17,349 nucleotides of DNA, taken from contig JBBISH010000126.1 in NCBI GenBank assembly GCA_037441385.1, forward strand, positions 1-17,349, in the 5' to 3' direction. Shown here one piece after another: positions 15,827 to 17,349 of the stretch (within the stretch, counting starts at the first letter, position 1; each line of letters opens with the position of its first letter). This DNA is from Myxococcales bacterium (GTDB taxonomy: Bacteria; Myxococcota_A; UBA9042). The notes beneath the pieces were generated by a model, which saw nothing but the letters and a program-made list of their open reading frames with translations, was not told the origin of the DNA and ran no database searches. Position numbers and translations under genes: made by a program.

Positions 15827-17349
15827 ATGAAGAAACTCCAGATCTTTGCTCCCAAATCCCCCTTGCACCCGTGGTTGCTGCTGGCGGCGGCGCTGTGGCT
15901 GACTCCCGCTTGCGGCGACCCCGAGACCGTCACTGGCGCCCCGGACACCAAGATCGACACGGTGGGCAAAGGGGACCTGATCGACGACCTCACCGAGCAG
16001 GACAGCGAAGACACGGGCAGCGAGCCGGACATCGTCAGCATCGACATCGCCGGCAAAGACGTGACATATCCCAAGGTACCGTGCCAAAAGAACGAGGACT
16101 GCGAGACGCTGATCTGCGCCTCCACGCCCACCGGCAAAGAGTGCGCCCAGTCCTGCATCACCGGTTGCCCGGCCGACTACGAGTGCGTCCAGACCACCGC
16201 GAGCGGCGACGTGGTCAGCGTCTGCATGCACAAGGCGCCCTATCAGTGCGCGCCGTGCGTCAAGGATGCCGACTGCGACCTGGGCAAGGACGCCAAGGGC
16301 GTGTGCGTCGACCTGGGCCAAGGCACCCACTGCGTCCAGCCCTGCACCGGCGGCAAGACCTGCATCGGCGAGGGCTTTGCTTGCACCACGGTCGGCTCTG
16401 CGCAAGTCTGCACGCCTCCGGGTGGCCAATGCCCCTGCCCCGACGGCCAGACGGGCAACTGCAAGATCACCAACACCTTTGGTAGCTGTCCGGGCACCTA
16501 CACCTGCATCGGCGGCAAGGAAGGGGCCTGTACCGGCACCGCCCCCGTCGCCGAAACCTGCAACCTCAAGGACGACAACTGCGACGGCGCCACCGACGAG
16601 GCCATCCCACCCGGCGAGTGCTCGATCAAGAATGCCTACGGTACCTGCCCCGGCAAGACGCAATGCGTCGCTGGGCAGGACCTGTGCCAAGGGAGCGGCG
16701 CGGCGGCCGAGGTGTGCAACGGCATCGACGACAACTGCTCGGGCGCGACGGACGAGGGCTTTAGCAACCTGGATGGCGACGATCTGGCCGACTGCGTCGA
16801 CCCCGACGACGACGGCGACGGTGTCAACGATAACGTGGACAACTGCCCGGTAGCCTTGAACAAAGACCAGACCGACACCGACGGCGACGGCCAGGGCGAC
16901 GTGTGCGACGCCGACGACGACAACGACAAGGTCTTGGACGGCGACGACAATTGCCCGCTGGCCGCCAACACCACCCAGACCGACTCGGACGGCGACGGCA
17001 CCGGCAACGCCTGCGACTGCGACATCGACGGCGACGGCGTGGCCAACTTGCTGGCGACCAACCCCGGCGTCATCAGCCCCGCGGTGCAGTGCCCGCAGGA
17101 TGTCACGCTGGACAATTGCCCGCTCACGGCCAACGCCGGTCAGAGCGACGTGGACGGCGACGGCTTGGGCGATGCCTGCGATGACGATCAAGACGCCGAC
17201 GGCGTGGCCAATGCCAACGACAACTGCCCGCTGATCCCGAACGCTGATCAAGCCAACAACGACAAGGACTTGCAGGGCGACGTCTGCGACCCGGACGACG
17301 ACAACGACGGCGTGCAGGACCCCGTGGACAACTGCCCGCTGGCTGCCAA
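15827..17349 (+). CDS. Large surface lipoprotein (5' part, runs off the window): Cys-rich modules, ExCNxxDDNCxGxxDE metal-binding motifs, then thrombospondin type-3 repeats
   Basis: Translated by hand (absent from the ORF track because there is no stop): [33 protein letters not shown]...; [16 protein letters not shown] and [16 protein letters not shown]; then repeated DNCP..N..Q.D.DGDG.GD.CD units to the window end. Confidence 0.92.
   Translation, partial: MKKLQIFAPKSPLHPWLLLAAALWLTPACGDPETVTGAPDTKIDTVGKGDLIDDLTEQDSEDTGSEPDIVSIDIAGKDVTYPKVPCQKNEDCETLICASTPTGKECAQSCITGCPADYECVQTTASGDVVSVCMHKAPYQCAPCVKDADCDLGKDAKGVCVDLGQGTHCVQPCTGGKTCIGEGFACTTVGSAQVCTPPGGQCPCPDGQTGNCKITNTFGSCPGTYTCIGGKEGACTGTAPVAETCNLKDDNCDGATDEAIPPGECSIKNAYGTCPGKTQCVAGQDLCQGSGAAAEVCNGIDDNCSGATDEGFSNLDGDDLADCVDPDDDGDGVNDNVDNCPVALNKDQTDTDGDGQGDVCDADDDNDKVLDGDDNCPLAANTTQTDSDGDGTGNACDCDIDGDGVANLLATNPGVISPAVQCPQDVTLDNCPLTANAGQSDVDGDGLGDACDDDQDADGVANANDNCPLIPNADQANNDKDLQGDVCDPDDDNDGVQDPVDNCPLAA
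16770..17349 (+). repeat. Degenerate tandem coding repeats for thrombospondin type-3 (Ca2+-binding) units
   Basis: GACAA(C/T)TGCCCG recurs five times (~16838, 16946, 17111, 17219, 17327), mostly 108 nt apart, with one longer unit. Confidence 0.85.

Noticed and set aside
15653..17251. Upstream part of the 613-aa minus-strand ORF 15410-17251
   Set aside because: Antisense shadow of the TSP3 gene: GAC/GGC codons read as Val/Ala on the other strand. Only the last 80 codons, outside that gene, look real.
16770..17349. Regularly spaced repeats as a possible CRISPR array (also 415-540)
   Set aside because: The repeats are degenerate at third codon positions, in frame and protein-coding; no unique spacers and no cas genes.

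Overview
GC-rich bacterial chromosomal window; the Cys-rich and thrombospondin-repeat lipoproteins suggest a Myxococcota-like organism (inference only). In order: a truncated palindromic repeat (1-101); a YceI-family lipoprotein; a UDP-HexNAc dehydrogenase; a lysylphosphatidylglycerol-synthase-TM/flippase-like membrane protein; an ~800-aa Cys-rich lipoprotein; an RNase E/G-family nuclease; a full copy of the palindromic repeat (MITE-like, TCA on both flanks); a lipoprotein ending in a NuiA (nuclease A inhibitor) domain with no nuclease beside it; an SRPBCC protein; two uncharacterised exported proteins; argC; argJ fused to an internally deleted ArgB-like domain; a DUF2461 gene with a probable 80-aa CxxC/CxxH gene upstream; and the 5' part of a large Cys-rich/TSP3-repeat lipoprotein missing from the ORF track. 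Best candidates for something new: (1) ArgJ carrying a minimised pseudo-kinase domain that keeps the arginine-feedback motifs but lacks the catalytic ones, a possible built-in arginine sensor; (2) the lipid-anchored orphan NuiA protein; (3) the 132-bp double-hairpin repeat. All family calls come from motif recognition by eye; no database search was run.
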